This document shows positions 52,799 to 63,905 of a DNA stretch of 64,000 bases, piece after piece. The stretch spans positions 16,120,001 to 16,184,000 of the forward strand of contig CM075987.1 in NCBI GenBank assembly GCA_038087875.1. Reading direction: 5' to 3'. This DNA comes from Malacoraja senta. Lineage: Eukaryota. A program made the translations under genes and the position numbers. Numbering within the stretch: position 1 is the first letter of the stretch; every line of letters begins with the position of its first letter. The notes under the pieces are model-generated. The model was not told the DNA's origin, ran no database searches, and saw only the letters and a list, made by a program, of their open reading frames with translations.

Positions 52799-52852
52799 GT
52801 AAGGCCTTTTGTGTACTAATACTTCTACAGCATTATTAATCATTGATCTCAG

Positions 52853-53378
52853 AATTTGAGGAAGGACATTCTTGCTATTGAGGGAATGCAGCGTAGGTTT
52901 ACAAGGTTAATTCCCGGGATGGCGGGACTGTCATATGCTGAGAGAATGGAGCAGCTGCGCTTCTGCACTATGGAGTTTAGAAGGATGAGAGGGAATCTCA
53001 TTGAAACATATAAGATTGTTAAGGGTTTGGACACGCTAGAGGCAGGAAACATGATCCCGATGTTGGGGGAGTCCAGAACCAGGGGCCACAGTTTAAGAAT
53101 AAGGAGTAAGCCATTTAGAACGGAGACGAGGAAACACTTTTTCTCACAGAGAGTGGTGAGTCTGTGGAATTCTCTGCCTCAGAGGGCGGTGGAGGCAGGT
53201 TCTCTGGAAGCTTTCAAGAGAGAGCTAGTTAGGGCTCTTAAAAATAGCTGAGTCAGGGGATCTGGGGAGTAGGCAGGAACGGGGTACTGATTGTGGATGA
53301 TCAGTCATGATCACATTGAATGGTGGTGCTGGCTCGAAGGGCCGAATGGCCTACTCCTGCACCTATTATCTATTGTCT
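52853..53378 (+). mobile_element. 5'-truncated CR1-type LINE (HER1-like), RT C-terminus plus 3' UTR
   Basis: ORF RKDILAIEGMQRRFTRLIPGMAGLSYAERMEQL...RGNLIETYKI...TRGHSLRI...FFSQRVVSLWNSLP is the typical CR1 ORF2 end; ends in a (CTATT) tail. Confidence 0.9.
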
Positions 53379-54092
53379 AATACTGAGTAACAGTTTTTGC
53401 TAAAACTTGTTGAATTTCTGAAAAGAACAGTACTGTCAAATTAGAACTATTGTTATTTTTGAGGGAGGGCTATTTCTAGGTGCCAAGTTTTATTGCTTTG
53501 CACATTTGTGCTGTGCTCGTGAGTGTTGCTTAGATGTGGGCTGTAAGTTTGATGTTCTTTGGAAGCAGTTTAATTCTCATTGACCTTTGCTTGTACATAA
53601 ACAGATGCTCTGACGATCGGGCTTTGTTTTTCTTTGATAAGGGAAAAAACTCTAAACCTACCACTGGAAGTTTTAAGGAATGAATTCCATGCGAGCCAGG
53701 TTAGTCAGTGGGGGAGATGAGGTAGACAAACTTCCTTTACCCTCCACAGTCAGTGCTCGGCTATACATGAAAATGTTTATTATTTATTCACGAGGCTAGG
53801 GCAGCATTTCTTTCTGCATCTCTCATTTTCCCCTGAACCAAGTTGGTTGCACGACTATTTCCGGCGCAATTAAGAGTCCACCCTTTAGTGTGAAGGAGCC
53901 AGGCATGAATTGGGATAGGTAAGAGTGGCAGGATTTTTACCTGTCAATGAATCATAGTCATTGAGCCGTACGGCACGAAATATGCCCTTCAGCCTGCCAA
54001 CGAGCCATGGCAGTACAGCCGTTTGTTGTTTGTCATAAAGCATTGGTCATTCATCGCCAGGTGTTCACATGTTTTTTGTATTCTTCTTTCAG

Positions 54093-54283
54093 TACCATTT
54101 CCAACATTCTTGGAGCCTGGCTCGATCAGTATTCTGAAGATTTCAGGAAGCCACCGGATTATTCCTGCTTGAAGCATCTGTACACTTACATCCATCAGAT
54201 GTTTCCAGGTTCCGATCTGCAACGCCGTGCTCATGTCCTTCTTGGCTCATTCCAAAGGCACAAAGAGCACGACCTTGTTCAAG
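54093..54283 (+). CDS. RALGDS: RALGDS exon 5 (TISNILGAWLDQYSEDFRKPPDYSCLKHL...GSDLQRRAHVLLGSFQRHKEHDLVQ)
   Basis: Acceptor ttcttctttcag|, donor AAG|gtaggt, 191 nt, phase 2-1. WLDQYSEDF and PGSDL..RA motifs. Confidence 0.95.
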
Positions 54284-55344
54284 GTAGGTTCTTGCAGCAC
54301 CATGCCCACACCATGCCCACACCTTCACTGTCTGCATCTTTCTAGAGAAAGGGGCCACAACACGTTCACTTTCTCCTGGCACTTACAGTCTCTCACTTGT
54401 AATATTACTTCCTGGCAGTGGGTATAAGATGGCTGTTGGCGACCACCACCACTCACCCTCACAATGATAAAGAGGATTACAGGGAGGAGACTCTGTGGGG
54501 TTTGTTGCAACCTCACAACTTCAGTAATCCTGGATCGAAATAGACCTTTGGTGTTGACGATGGAGTTTGCATCTTCTCCATGTGGGTTTATTCCAGGTGC
54601 TCTGGTTTCCTTCCCCATTCAGACACTTGCTGGTTGGTAGATTCATTAGGTACCTTAAAGTACCCCAACTGTATCTAACAGTGTAGCTGATGGGCATGTG
54701 AGAGGGAATAATTTAGATACTGCGATTGATGGGATTACTTTGAAAACAGCAAAGAGTTAACAGGCGAAACAGCTTCATTCAATGTCATAAGGAAATATGA
54801 AACATGAGAGATGGAGTGAAGCTAGAAATACAGACAAGAACAAAAGATATGTTATTGCTTCTGTGTATGTAAATAATCTCCACAATGTTCTCGTCCCAGC
54901 TATTGTGTGTTTCTGCGAATCCAGCAACATGCTGCTTGCAATGTGCTGAACACCATATAACCATGTGGTCTGTGGCAGCAGTTATTGCCTGCCCAGTCTG
55001 TTTCCAATTATTTTGCTTGCAATGGTTTCTAAAAAGTTGAATAACCGCAACTCATGTTTACCGATTGCTTTCAACATCCCAAGAATGTTATCAAACGCAT
55101 TGGACTGTGCAAGGCAAAGAGATTTTAATCAAAAACCTACAATATTGTGAAATCCTAAAATAAAAAATGCTCGAGACACTCAGCAGGTCTGGTAGCATTT
55201 TTGGAGATAGATAAAGTGGTTATATTTCAGGTTAATGGTTTTCCATAAAAATCTACCATAAATGTTAGCTCTGTTTTTCTGTCTGACCTACATGGAATTT
55301 CAAACATTTTCTGCAGATAAATAAGATTTTAAGCCCACGTCCAG

Positions 55345-55975
55345 GTGGAACGGTAGTGGAGCTGGTAGAGCCGCTGCCTCACAGCCAAAGACCTGGGTTC
55401 GATCCTGACCTTGGGTGCTGTCTATGTGGAGTTTGCACATTCTCCCTGTGACCTCATGGCTTTCCACCCACATCCCAAAGAATTGTGGGTTTGTAGGTTG
55501 ATTGGACTCAGTGAAATTGCTCCGAGTGTGTATGGAGAGGTGGGGGACGATCCCCCCCGATGTTTTGTAATCCAGACTTTATCAGACGCTTTCTAAGGGC
55601 TGAATCGGCCCATTAGCGGGGCCTTTCAGCACCCGGTGCGGCTTAAAATCAAACTGCTGCATCGAGGCGATCGAGGCTCGCGATGTTGAAGCCCCCGCCG
55701 GCCGATGAAAGACCTCGTGAACGGGCCAATTCAAACCCCACGATTCGGGACAGACGAAGCTGCTGTTGCTGGAGTTTGGAGTCTGTCACCAACCAGGTCA
55801 GCTCCCATTGTTACCGCCCCAGGGGCTACGGCCGAAGCCTTGTGTGTGTGCGCGCATGCGCATGCGCGGCCGCCAATAAATTGTGCGCCCCGCATATTTT
55901 GATAGCGATTTCCGTGCCTGGTCAGCGTGGACTTGGGCTGAATGACCTGTTTCCATGCTTTATCTCTAAACTAAA
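55345..55975 (+). mobile_element. HE1-like SINE split by a ~380-bp GC-rich insertion (~55542-55920)
   Basis: SINE head GGTAGAGCCGCTGCCTCACAGCC..CCTGGGTTCGATCC at 55345-55540; tail GTCAGCGTGGACTTGGGCTGAATGACCTGTTTCC..CTAAACTAAA at 55921-55975. Confidence 0.7.
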
Positions 55976-56198
55976 CAAGAAGAGATGTTTTTCAAAGAGC
56001 ACTTTTAAGAATGAGAAATTGGGAGAGGCAAAAGGGACTGGGGAGTGAATTCTCGGGCCAGACAGTTGAAGACGTAGCTGTCAGTGGTGAACAGATTGGA
56101 CTAGTAAGAGACAGTTGAGAACCTAACCTGTCACTCCTGATCTGACTGTGTCGTGGATAGCTGATGATTGTTGACTATATCTTGTTTTGTGTTTCCAG

Positions 56199-56320
56199 CA
56201 GCAGATCACCGTAGCTGTACCTTCACGATGGTTGAGGAGAATGGTTTTGAAGAGCCAAAGCCTGACTTCCTATCCTTTGTTGCCAATGTGGTGGCTGAAC
56301 AGTTCACCTTAATGGATGCG
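56199..56320 (+). CDS. RALGDS: RALGDS exon 6 (ADHRSCTFTMVEENGFEEPKPDFLSFVANVVAEQFTLMDA), start of RasGEF domain
   Basis: Acceptor gtttccag|cagcag (tandem CAGs, so the start could be 56199, 56202 or 56205), donor GCG|gtgagt, phase 1-0. VAEQFTLMDA motif. Confidence 0.92.
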
Positions 56321-57041
56321 GTGAGTGGAGCACGAGGCTTGTCGCTTACCCGAGTGTGAAAGCACAGAGATGATTCGTCGATTGGCAATGAGAAATCAGC
56401 TCCCATTCCTGCGCCCCGGAGGAACTATTGGCTTGAACTTTAATTTATTTATAGTGTACTGCGTTTCTCTCTTTGAAAACACAAGGTGCTGGAGGAACTC
56501 AGCAGGTCAGGCAGCATCTGAGGGCCCGACCCAAAATGTCGTCTCCTCAGATCCTGCCTGACCCACTGAGTTCTTCCAACACTTGGTGTTTTGCCTTTCT
56601 ATCTTTGGTAGTTTTCTCCGTTACACTTTGTGGATTAGATTCAATGTTGTTAACTTTCTACAGCGCCAACTTACCCAGCTGAATGAATATTTTCACGTTG
56701 TATTTAAGCAGGCAGAGGGATACAACGGTTGAATATCTGACAATTTTGAGCTCCCTAGGGTGGGCTAGTTCACGGAGCACGCTTGGTTGTGGTGGCCCTG
56801 TAAGATTTCCCAGTTTAGAGGGAGATATGCATTGTCACATTCATGCCAACTGTATCAGGCTCCGCCCTGGGGCATGAATTTGATCACTTACATTGGAACA
56901 CATGTAGACTAGTCCGCCCCTCTAGAATGCATTGAAATTCACAATTATTCAAATAAATTAACCTTCAGAGGGTTGTTGATTTTCTATGATTGGTCTGTTT
57001 TCTGGATGTTCAGGTTATAAGTTTGTATTTGTTTTGTGCAG

Positions 57042-57257
57042 GAGTTGTTCAAGAAAGTAGTTCCATATCACTGCCTGGGAAGCATCTGGTCCCAGAGGGA
57101 TAAGAAGGGGAAGGAACATGTGGCACCAACAATACGTGCCACCGTCACACAGTTTAACAGGGTCACCAACTGTGTCATTGCAACCTGTTTGAGTGACAAG
57201 ACGTTGAAGCCTCAACAGAGAGCCAAGATCATAGAGCGATGGATTGATGTGGCCAGG
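57042..57257 (+). CDS. RALGDS: RALGDS exon 7, CDC25/RasGEF domain (ELFKKVVPYHCLGSIWSQRDKKGKEH...IERWIDVAR)
   Basis: Acceptor ttttgtgcag|, donor AGG|gtaagt, 216 nt, phase 0-0. Confidence 0.97.
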
Positions 57258-57994
57258 GTAAGTTAGAAGTGAGGCAGGGGTGCGAGTAATATTTCTAAGC
57301 ACCAGGATTGTATTGGAAAGGCATTCATGACCATCCCAAATGGTGGAGTCCCAGTCTAAGAGGAGTCAGTGAACATGGCAATATCTGGATAAGAAACCGC
57401 ATCTCCATTACAGCCCAGAGCTTAAGTTGCCAACTCTGGTTGGAGATGTTCCTGGAGCTTTAACCACATGACCCGCCATCTCCATTGTGCTGCCCATACC
57501 TTATTCTACCCACCCAACGCCACCAGCAGTTTCCACTTTTCAATTAACTTCCCTCATAATAAACACTATGGAACTGATGCGTCACTATATTCTGCAACTT
57601 GTAACTTCCCCATTGCGTTATCTAGTGTACTTGGCTTTAACTTGATTGCGTTTATATATAGTATACCAGGTCTGCTTGGATAGTATGGAAAACATAGCTT
57701 TTCACTGTACCTCGGTGCACATGAAAATAATAAACCTAATCCTAATCCATTAGCTCCCTGAGTGAGTGAGTAAAGGGCTGACATGGCCAGGCCAGGCCAG
57801 GTGGTTTGATGACTCCAATAGGAGTTGAATCCTTTTCCCTACTGAGCTGCTGGGGTGAGGACGTACAATGGGATATTGTGAAACAGTAGAACAATAAGGA
57901 ATGGAAATCTCTCTGTGACTCTGTCACAAGCTGTGGCCTCTTAATCACTGTGATTTAAAGTTTGGAAGCACAGCATAACACATGCTGTTATTAA

Positions 57995-58656
57995 AGGGCA
58001 TGTCCCACTTACGTGTCCTTGGCACGCAAATTACGCGACCCCGTGGTCGCGTTGAGCCACAACGGTCCCGCGAAGGTCGTGCGCGATTTCATGCGTACGC
58101 ACAGCCATCTGGAACGTGTGATGTCATTTGAAGATGGACGCAAAATGCTGGAGTAACTCAGCGGGACCGGCAGCATCTCTGGATAGAAGGAATGGGTGAC
58201 GTTTCGTGTCGAGACTCTTCTTCAGTCTGAAAGAAGGGTCTCGACCCGAAACGTCACCCATTGCTTCTCTCGTGCATTACTCCAGCATTTTGTGTCTATC
58301 TTCAATATTCTTGGCCCCGCTCTGGGAGTAGAAGTGGGGGAGGATCCGGGCTGCAACGGCCTTGAGCCCCAGGCCGAGCTCGGCGATCGTTTGCCTGCTT
58401 CTGCTGCTGTTGGAGGTGAGACATTGCGTCTTCGGCCTGTCCCACTTTGGCCGTCAGTTCCGCGACAGGCCGTTGGCACGCAAAGATTTAGTTTGTTACA
58501 AAAATTTCGGAGCCCCGCGTGATGCGCACAACTACATACCCCTCCGCGATTCTCAGTGGGACCGGCCCCGCGCGGCCATACGATGCCCGTGCGCCTCAAC
58601 GCGACCACGAGGTCGCGTAATTTGCGTGCCAAGGACACGTAAGTGGGACAGGCCCT
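57995..58656. mobile_element. Composite PIF/Harbinger-type MITE in RALGDS intron 7
   Basis: ~60-bp TIR AGGGCATGTCCCACTTACGTGTCCTTGGCACGCAAATTACGCGACC... / ...GGTCGCGTAATTTGCGTGCCAAGGACACGTAAGTGGGACAGGCCCT; perfect TAA TSD (57992-57994, 58657-58659). Contains a fold-back repeat and an internal TIR copy at ~58434. Confidence 0.85.
58136..58302. mobile_element. Fold-back Penelope-like-derived repeat nested within a MITE
   Basis: Head-to-head GGGTGACGTTTCGTGTCGAGACTCTTCTTCAG-T-CTGAAAGAAGGGTCTCGACCCGAAACGTCACCC with flanking inverted arms. Confidence 0.7.
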
Positions 58657-58776
58657 TAACCATGTATGTTCAGAATAAGCAATCAAGGGCAAATGCCTAC
58701 ATACAAGACTTCCGTGTTGAAAAAATAAAATTTCCTTTTATAATCCATCTTCATTCTTTCCTTCCCTTTGTCACAG

Positions 58777-58880
58777 GAGTGCAGAATCTTCAAAAATTTC
58801 TCCTCGCTACGAGCCATCCTCTCTGCTCTACAATGCAACTCTGTCCATAGACTTAAGAAAAGCTGGGATGAGGTATCAAG
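58777..58880 (+). CDS. RALGDS: RALGDS exon 8 ([35 protein letters not shown])
   Basis: Acceptor ctttgtcacag|, donor AAG|gtaaga, 104 nt, phase 0-2. NFSSL..I.SAL...RLKK.W RasGEF motif. Confidence 0.96.
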
Positions 58881-59784
58881 GTAAGACCAGGACAAAGCGC
58901 AATTTTTCAATCCTTTATTATGTTAAAAAGGTGCTAATTCCTCCTTGGATGTGGATCCAACGTCATTTATTGCTGAAAACTCATTTGTAGTTTGTTGCAT
59001 CTTGATTCTCTTGCTTGATTTCCTATCTTTCCCCTCTGTAATCTTATGCTCAGACCTCAGGCCATCTCCCAATCATTCAGCATTCCCAGTTTCATTGGCT
59101 GAATCTATTTAAAAGTCCTGATCCTTATTTTTAAATCCCACGTGGTATCACCACACAATAACTATCTGCAGTCCAGTGCAGGTAAAGATTTGTGCTCCTT
59201 CATCTCTGGCCTCCTGACCCCCAGGTTAACCACTTTGACTGGCATTTCTTCAGTTGTTTCGATGCTAAGCCCTGGAACTCCCTCCTAAACCCCCCTCTCT
59301 TATCCTTTCAGATCCTCAATAAGTCTGCCACACCAACTGGGTTACTTATCATTTGCCTCAATAGTTTTTCATAAGCTTTAATGTCATGTCTGTAAAGTGA
59401 ATGGAGATGTTTCATGTTTAAAAAGTGCTGTGTTAATGCAAGTTGTGGTTATTGAGTGATATTCTCCCCATTCCTTGCCTAATTTGCAAATCTCTGTGCG
59501 TGACCTGAGCAATGGCAGTCCGTTTCCTTATGGAGCTTCATATCTAGGCCTTGACCCTATGCAATGGTGACCTACCCTCAACCCAGAATGTTTGTGCCCA
59601 TCTCTCACCTCTCAGCAAACTCTGCAGTGACCAGAGAATTGAATGTGAGGTCTTCCAATTTAGTGCCATCTAGAGGCCTACTATGGAAATTAACCCAGCA
59701 AGAGATTTAGCAGTTGGCATCATTTGGAATTACTTTGACCATCTTTCCATAGAAAGGACAGATAAGGAGCTACTTTACTTAAGA

Positions 59785-60083
59785 GTTTTAAGAGATATAC
59801 AGTAGCATGGAAACAGGCCGGTCGGCCTACCGAGTCCACACCGACCAACCATCGCCCATTCACACTAGTTTTATGTTACCCCATTTACTCATCCACTTCC
59901 CACATACTAGGGGCAATTCACAGAGACCGATCAACCAACAAACCCGGTTGCCTATGGGATATGGGAGGAAACTGGAGCATCCAGAGGAAACCCATGTGGT
60001 CACAGGGAGAACATGCAAATGCCCCGAGGTCAGGGTCGAACCCGGGTCCCAGGGTCTCTACATCAGTTCTACCAGCTGCGCCA
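59785..60083 (-). mobile_element. HE1-like SINE
   Basis: GCATGGAAACAGGCC...GGGAGGAAACTGGAGCA...GGTCAGGGTCGAACCCGGGTCCC...TCTACCAGCTGCGCCA. Similar copies at ~39535-39800, 16400-16800 and 32200-32380. Confidence 0.72.
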
Positions 60084-60827
60084 AAGTGCTTTATGTTAAA
60101 TCATGGTGTATTCATGTATAATTACTACACGTGCATTTTAGAGCATGATATTTGAGAATAGTAAAGAAGGAAAATCTGTTTAGGATTCGACCATCCTGAA
60201 TCCAGCTGGCACAGTTCTAGTTTCCTGACAGGTGCTTGTGGTGTGGTAATATTGTGGCTCACATTGTTGCCAAAACACTACCCTTCAAAGGTTGGTGTAG
60301 GATCAGGAGATAGTTTGTACATTTCAATATATGTCATGAAAATTGTGAAGCTGGTGGACTAGCCAGTGATTTAAATTTAACGAATGGAGAATGTGCATTC
60401 CAGCGTTGTTTCACAGAAACCAGATACCAAATGAATGGGCAAGAATATGTTGAGGTACATAACCTATTGTCTGCAGTCCTGCACAGCAAGGATTGGAAAT
60501 ACACGTTGCACTGTGACAATCTCCAGCTGTGCTTGGATGTAAACTATTATATGTAGTGAACAGGATGGATATTGTCCCGCGCCAGCTCCTCAGTAACACG
60601 TACAACGTGAACTCTGGAAGCAAGACCTTGCAGATTAGGTTTCCTGGAATTGTGCACAAATCAATTCTCGCTTCAATTTCCAGTTTCCCCTGTTCTGCTC
60701 TGAATAGGAATTTGACTGTCTGATTGAAGGTAGTTGGTCAATATGCTATAGTTATCAGTTTTCCTGTGAATAGCAAATTGTGTTGCATTGCTTCTAACAT
60801 TTTATGTCCGTGGTTGGAATTTTGCAG

Positions 60828-60912
60828 AGAGAACATTCGGATATTCCAAGAACTGTCCGAAATCTTCTCTGATGATAATAACCATTCCCTGAGCCGTGAG
60901 CTGCTCATCAAG
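60828..60912 (+). CDS. RALGDS: RALGDS exon 9 (ENIRIFQELSEIFSDDNNHSLSRELLIK)
   Basis: Acceptor ttttgcag|, donor AAG|gtaaga, 85 nt, phase 2-0. Confidence 0.95.
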
Positions 60913-61136
60913 GTAAGAGTTCACTGCCTTTCTTATAAACCATAAGGGTTCTCTTTCCCAATCTTGGTGGGATCCTGTTGCCCAGTGAATGTTCACCCAA
61001 CACGAGTGGAAGATCACTGCCTGGACTTGATTGGTGTCCACACTCTTTCGCCTCCCAGCATGGCTGAACAGAGATTGGACCATGCCAATCCTGAATGACC
61101 TGCTCTACGCCCCATCCCGGGCCCAATAAGATCAAT

Positions 61137-61385
61137 GGGCGGCACAATGGTAGAGCTGCTGCCTCACAGCGCCGGACACCCGGGTTCAATCTTGACTACA
61201 GCTGCTGTCCGCATGGAGTTTATACTTTCTCCCTGTGACTATGAGGGTTTTCTCTGGGTGCTACGGTTTCCTCCCGCAGGTTTGTAGGTGAATTGGCTTC
61301 TGTAAATTGCCTTGGCATGTAAATAACAAAAAGGGGATAACATAGAACTAGTGTGCGGGTGATTGTTAAGTGAAACTAAACTAAA
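61137..61385 (+). mobile_element. tRNA-derived SINE (HE1-like)
   Basis: GGGCGGCACAATGGTAGAGCTGCTGCCTCACAGCGCC..CCCGGGTTCAATC; AAACTAAACTAAA tail. Confidence 0.75.
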
Positions 61386-63542
61386 GTTAAGGCACCCCCA
61401 TCCAACTGTCCGATAATTTGTCTTATGTACCATGCACTGAATCAGGATTCCTCTGGTATTTCATTGCCTTTAATTCTGCGCCATCAGCTTTCCACTTTGA
61501 GTTTTTTTTATTATTGATGACAGTTGTGTTTGGGGGATTGTTAACACAGAACACTTAAAAAAAAAGAAATGCATCTTTGTGGTTTAAAGCTTGTGCTTTA
61601 AATACAATTATATTCAGTTATTCTTTATGAACTGAAGATACAGTTGTTTAAAACACTAATGAGCCTTTCTGAATTGGACTTTGCTCAAGGACTCTCAACA
61701 ATAAGTCATTTATAATTGTGCCTGGGTAATCCATACCTGCTCACACCTGCTGGTTAGTTTGTTGGCAGGGGTTCTGGGCTCCAGGGTTATAAATAGTAAG
61801 AAGTCGAACAAGCAGAAGTTTACAATACTGAATGATGGAAGGGGTCCTTGGTGTAAGAAATTTGGCAAATCAGACATGGGATCTTTCTGAGTTCCAGCGG
61901 GCAGTGTGTGGCGTGAAACCGCTCTCGCCAGTGGGAGACTGACCTGAATGATCTCAAGGTCAGATCCCTGGAAAAGCTCCCAGTATGCAAAAAAATGGGA
62001 GTTTCTGGATATTATTCTGTTTAAATCAGGCAAAACATTGTGGAAATATCCTGTATTTGTTATTTTGTTATTCCACTGGTGAATCTGCTTGTCCATGTCA
62101 CTATGGTGTGATGTGCTGCAGTTGATCAATCAATTCAAGCAAATATTTATTCTCCCTGTCCTTAGAGATTGAATCATCTACACAAAAGACACGAGTACCC
62201 AATTTAGATCACTGTTTGTTAAGATAATCAAAAACAACATCAGATGCTGGAAATTAGAAATGAAAACAGACATTGATGGAAGCACTCAGCAGGCCGGGCA
62301 TCTTCTGTGGATAGAAAATCAGAGTTAATTTTTCAGATCAATGCTGATGAAGAGTCTCGGTCCTGACACATAGACTCTCTTTCTATTTCCACAACTGCTG
62401 CCTGACCCGCTGAGTGCTTTCAGCAACGTCTGTTTTTATCATCTCTCTTTATTATAGTGTAGGTTGAAACAGACCGAGGCATGTGAAGGTATTTTTTTGA
62501 GGCCAACTGCCTATACGCGTATCCTTCTATGGCCTTGCCTCTACAAAATACAGGCTCCAAAAATACTCTTCCCAAATTCCAGCTTTAGCCTCCACTATTG
62601 TGGGCTGTGCAGGCTTCAACCTTTGCATTTCTCTGTCTGATCCTCTCCACCTCTCTCCCCTCCACAAAATGTGCCTCTTTGAGCCATTCTGTTGAGACGA
62701 AGTTTGGGAGGTTATTGTGAAAGGCACAATGGAAAAGCAAGCTTTCATTGTTGTTGAATTTAACAAGGCTTAAAGCGAAAGCAACTGATAGAAAAAGAAT
62801 AATAAGAGCATTCTGTACTTTTAACATCAAAAGTAACTTGCAGAAAGCCTTATCAAAGCTGCTCGATGAAGCTATTGTATAAGATCTGCAGTGTGGTTAA
62901 AGTGCAGATTCTGGGAAGCAGCAGTGGGGGCAACGTATTTAGGCATGAAGTAGATGCAATGATGGCAGGAAGTGGTTGTATAATCTGTAAATAACTGCTT
63001 TTACAGACCAGTCAATGTGTTCTTGCAGAAGACACTGCTTTCTTCACCAAGCTGATAGGTCAGTCAATAAGTTTTGAAATGACTTTTGCCAGCAGCAGGA
63101 GAGTTTCCAGCCTAGGCCAATGTGTGGCAAACCCGTAGTGACTTGACTAGGGGAAAGTTGTCACCACAGTACTCTTTAGAAACAGTCCACGGTCTTAGTT
63201 TCCGTTCTACCCCCCCGTCAACCCACAATCATCGCCTTAATTAGCTTCTCTTACAGTAACTTGCAATGTCTTCATAGTGTGGGTTTTTCAGCTGCTGTGT
63301 CTGAATCACTGGGTGAGTGAATCACTTGGAACTGCCCTGGCGCTCTGAGCAGCACTGGAAGGGAAACCTGTTTCATTCAGGATGGAGGAGGCCAGCCAAT
63401 GGGTAGAATAGAGATGAACTGAATCCAAGGTTGAGGCTGCAGGAAACACTGGAAACATGAAGTCAGGCAGCATCTGAAGGACGAGAAACAAAATAAATGG
63501 GCAAAACTGAAGCCGCTTCACCCTCCATAGGGAAGTTATCTC

Positions 63543-63905
63543 TATGAAGAGCTGGTCATAGACTGCCGCAAGCAGGGCTGGAAGGCAAGGTGTGTGCCCA
63601 TCGAAGTGGGCTGCAGAGGTTTTGCAGGGCAATCGCTCTACAAAGCCTTGAGTGCACTGGGCATCACCGGAGTGGCGAGGAGAACATCACAGAGGCAGTG
63701 GAGAAGGCCTCGAGATGGCTCTGGATCAGGAGAGAAGGTCCATGGGGAGGAGCGAATGCCACCTGAACACAAGTCGTGGTCTGATCAACCACAGCTGGGT
63801 CGCCTGGGTGAGGGTGTCTGTTGTTGAAAGACCCGAAACACCCAATGATCCCAGGTTACATCACTGATGATGTGTTCAGGAGCATCAATAGATGTATTTG
63901 TATCA
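63543..63905 (+). mobile_element. 3' end of a HERO-like non-LTR retrotransposon (restriction-like endonuclease clade)
   Basis: YEELVIDCRKQGWKARCVPIEVGCRGFAGQSLYKALSALGITG / EAVEKASRWLWIRR resembles the C-terminus of HERO/R2-group ORFs (one frameshift), followed by a structured 3' UTR. Confidence 0.75.

Larger units (their letters stand above)
30714..60912 (+). other. RALGDS: RALGDS gene span, 5' part (coding exons 1-9; 3' exons outside window)
   Basis: Nine exons with GT-AG boundaries and compatible phases (0,0,2,2,1,0,0,2,0) splice into an uninterrupted 1278-nt frame. The protein matches RALGDS as I recall it (WDAVRLEV...FTQLDPDLP; QEIGEE; CKIRTIKAGTLEKLVE; LFKKVVPYHCLGSIWSQRDKKGKEH). The N-terminal exon and the PYHCLGSIWSQRDKKGKEH motif favour RALGDS over RGL1. 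Confidence 0.93.

Noticed and set aside
52856-53251. 131-aa ORF as a host gene or RALGDS exon
   Set aside because: C-terminal fragment of CR1 ORF2; 5'-truncated and non-autonomous.
58196-58850. Overlapping 108-162 aa ORFs
   Set aside because: Arise from the GC-rich palindromic MITE; the real exon 8 is in another frame at 58777-58880.
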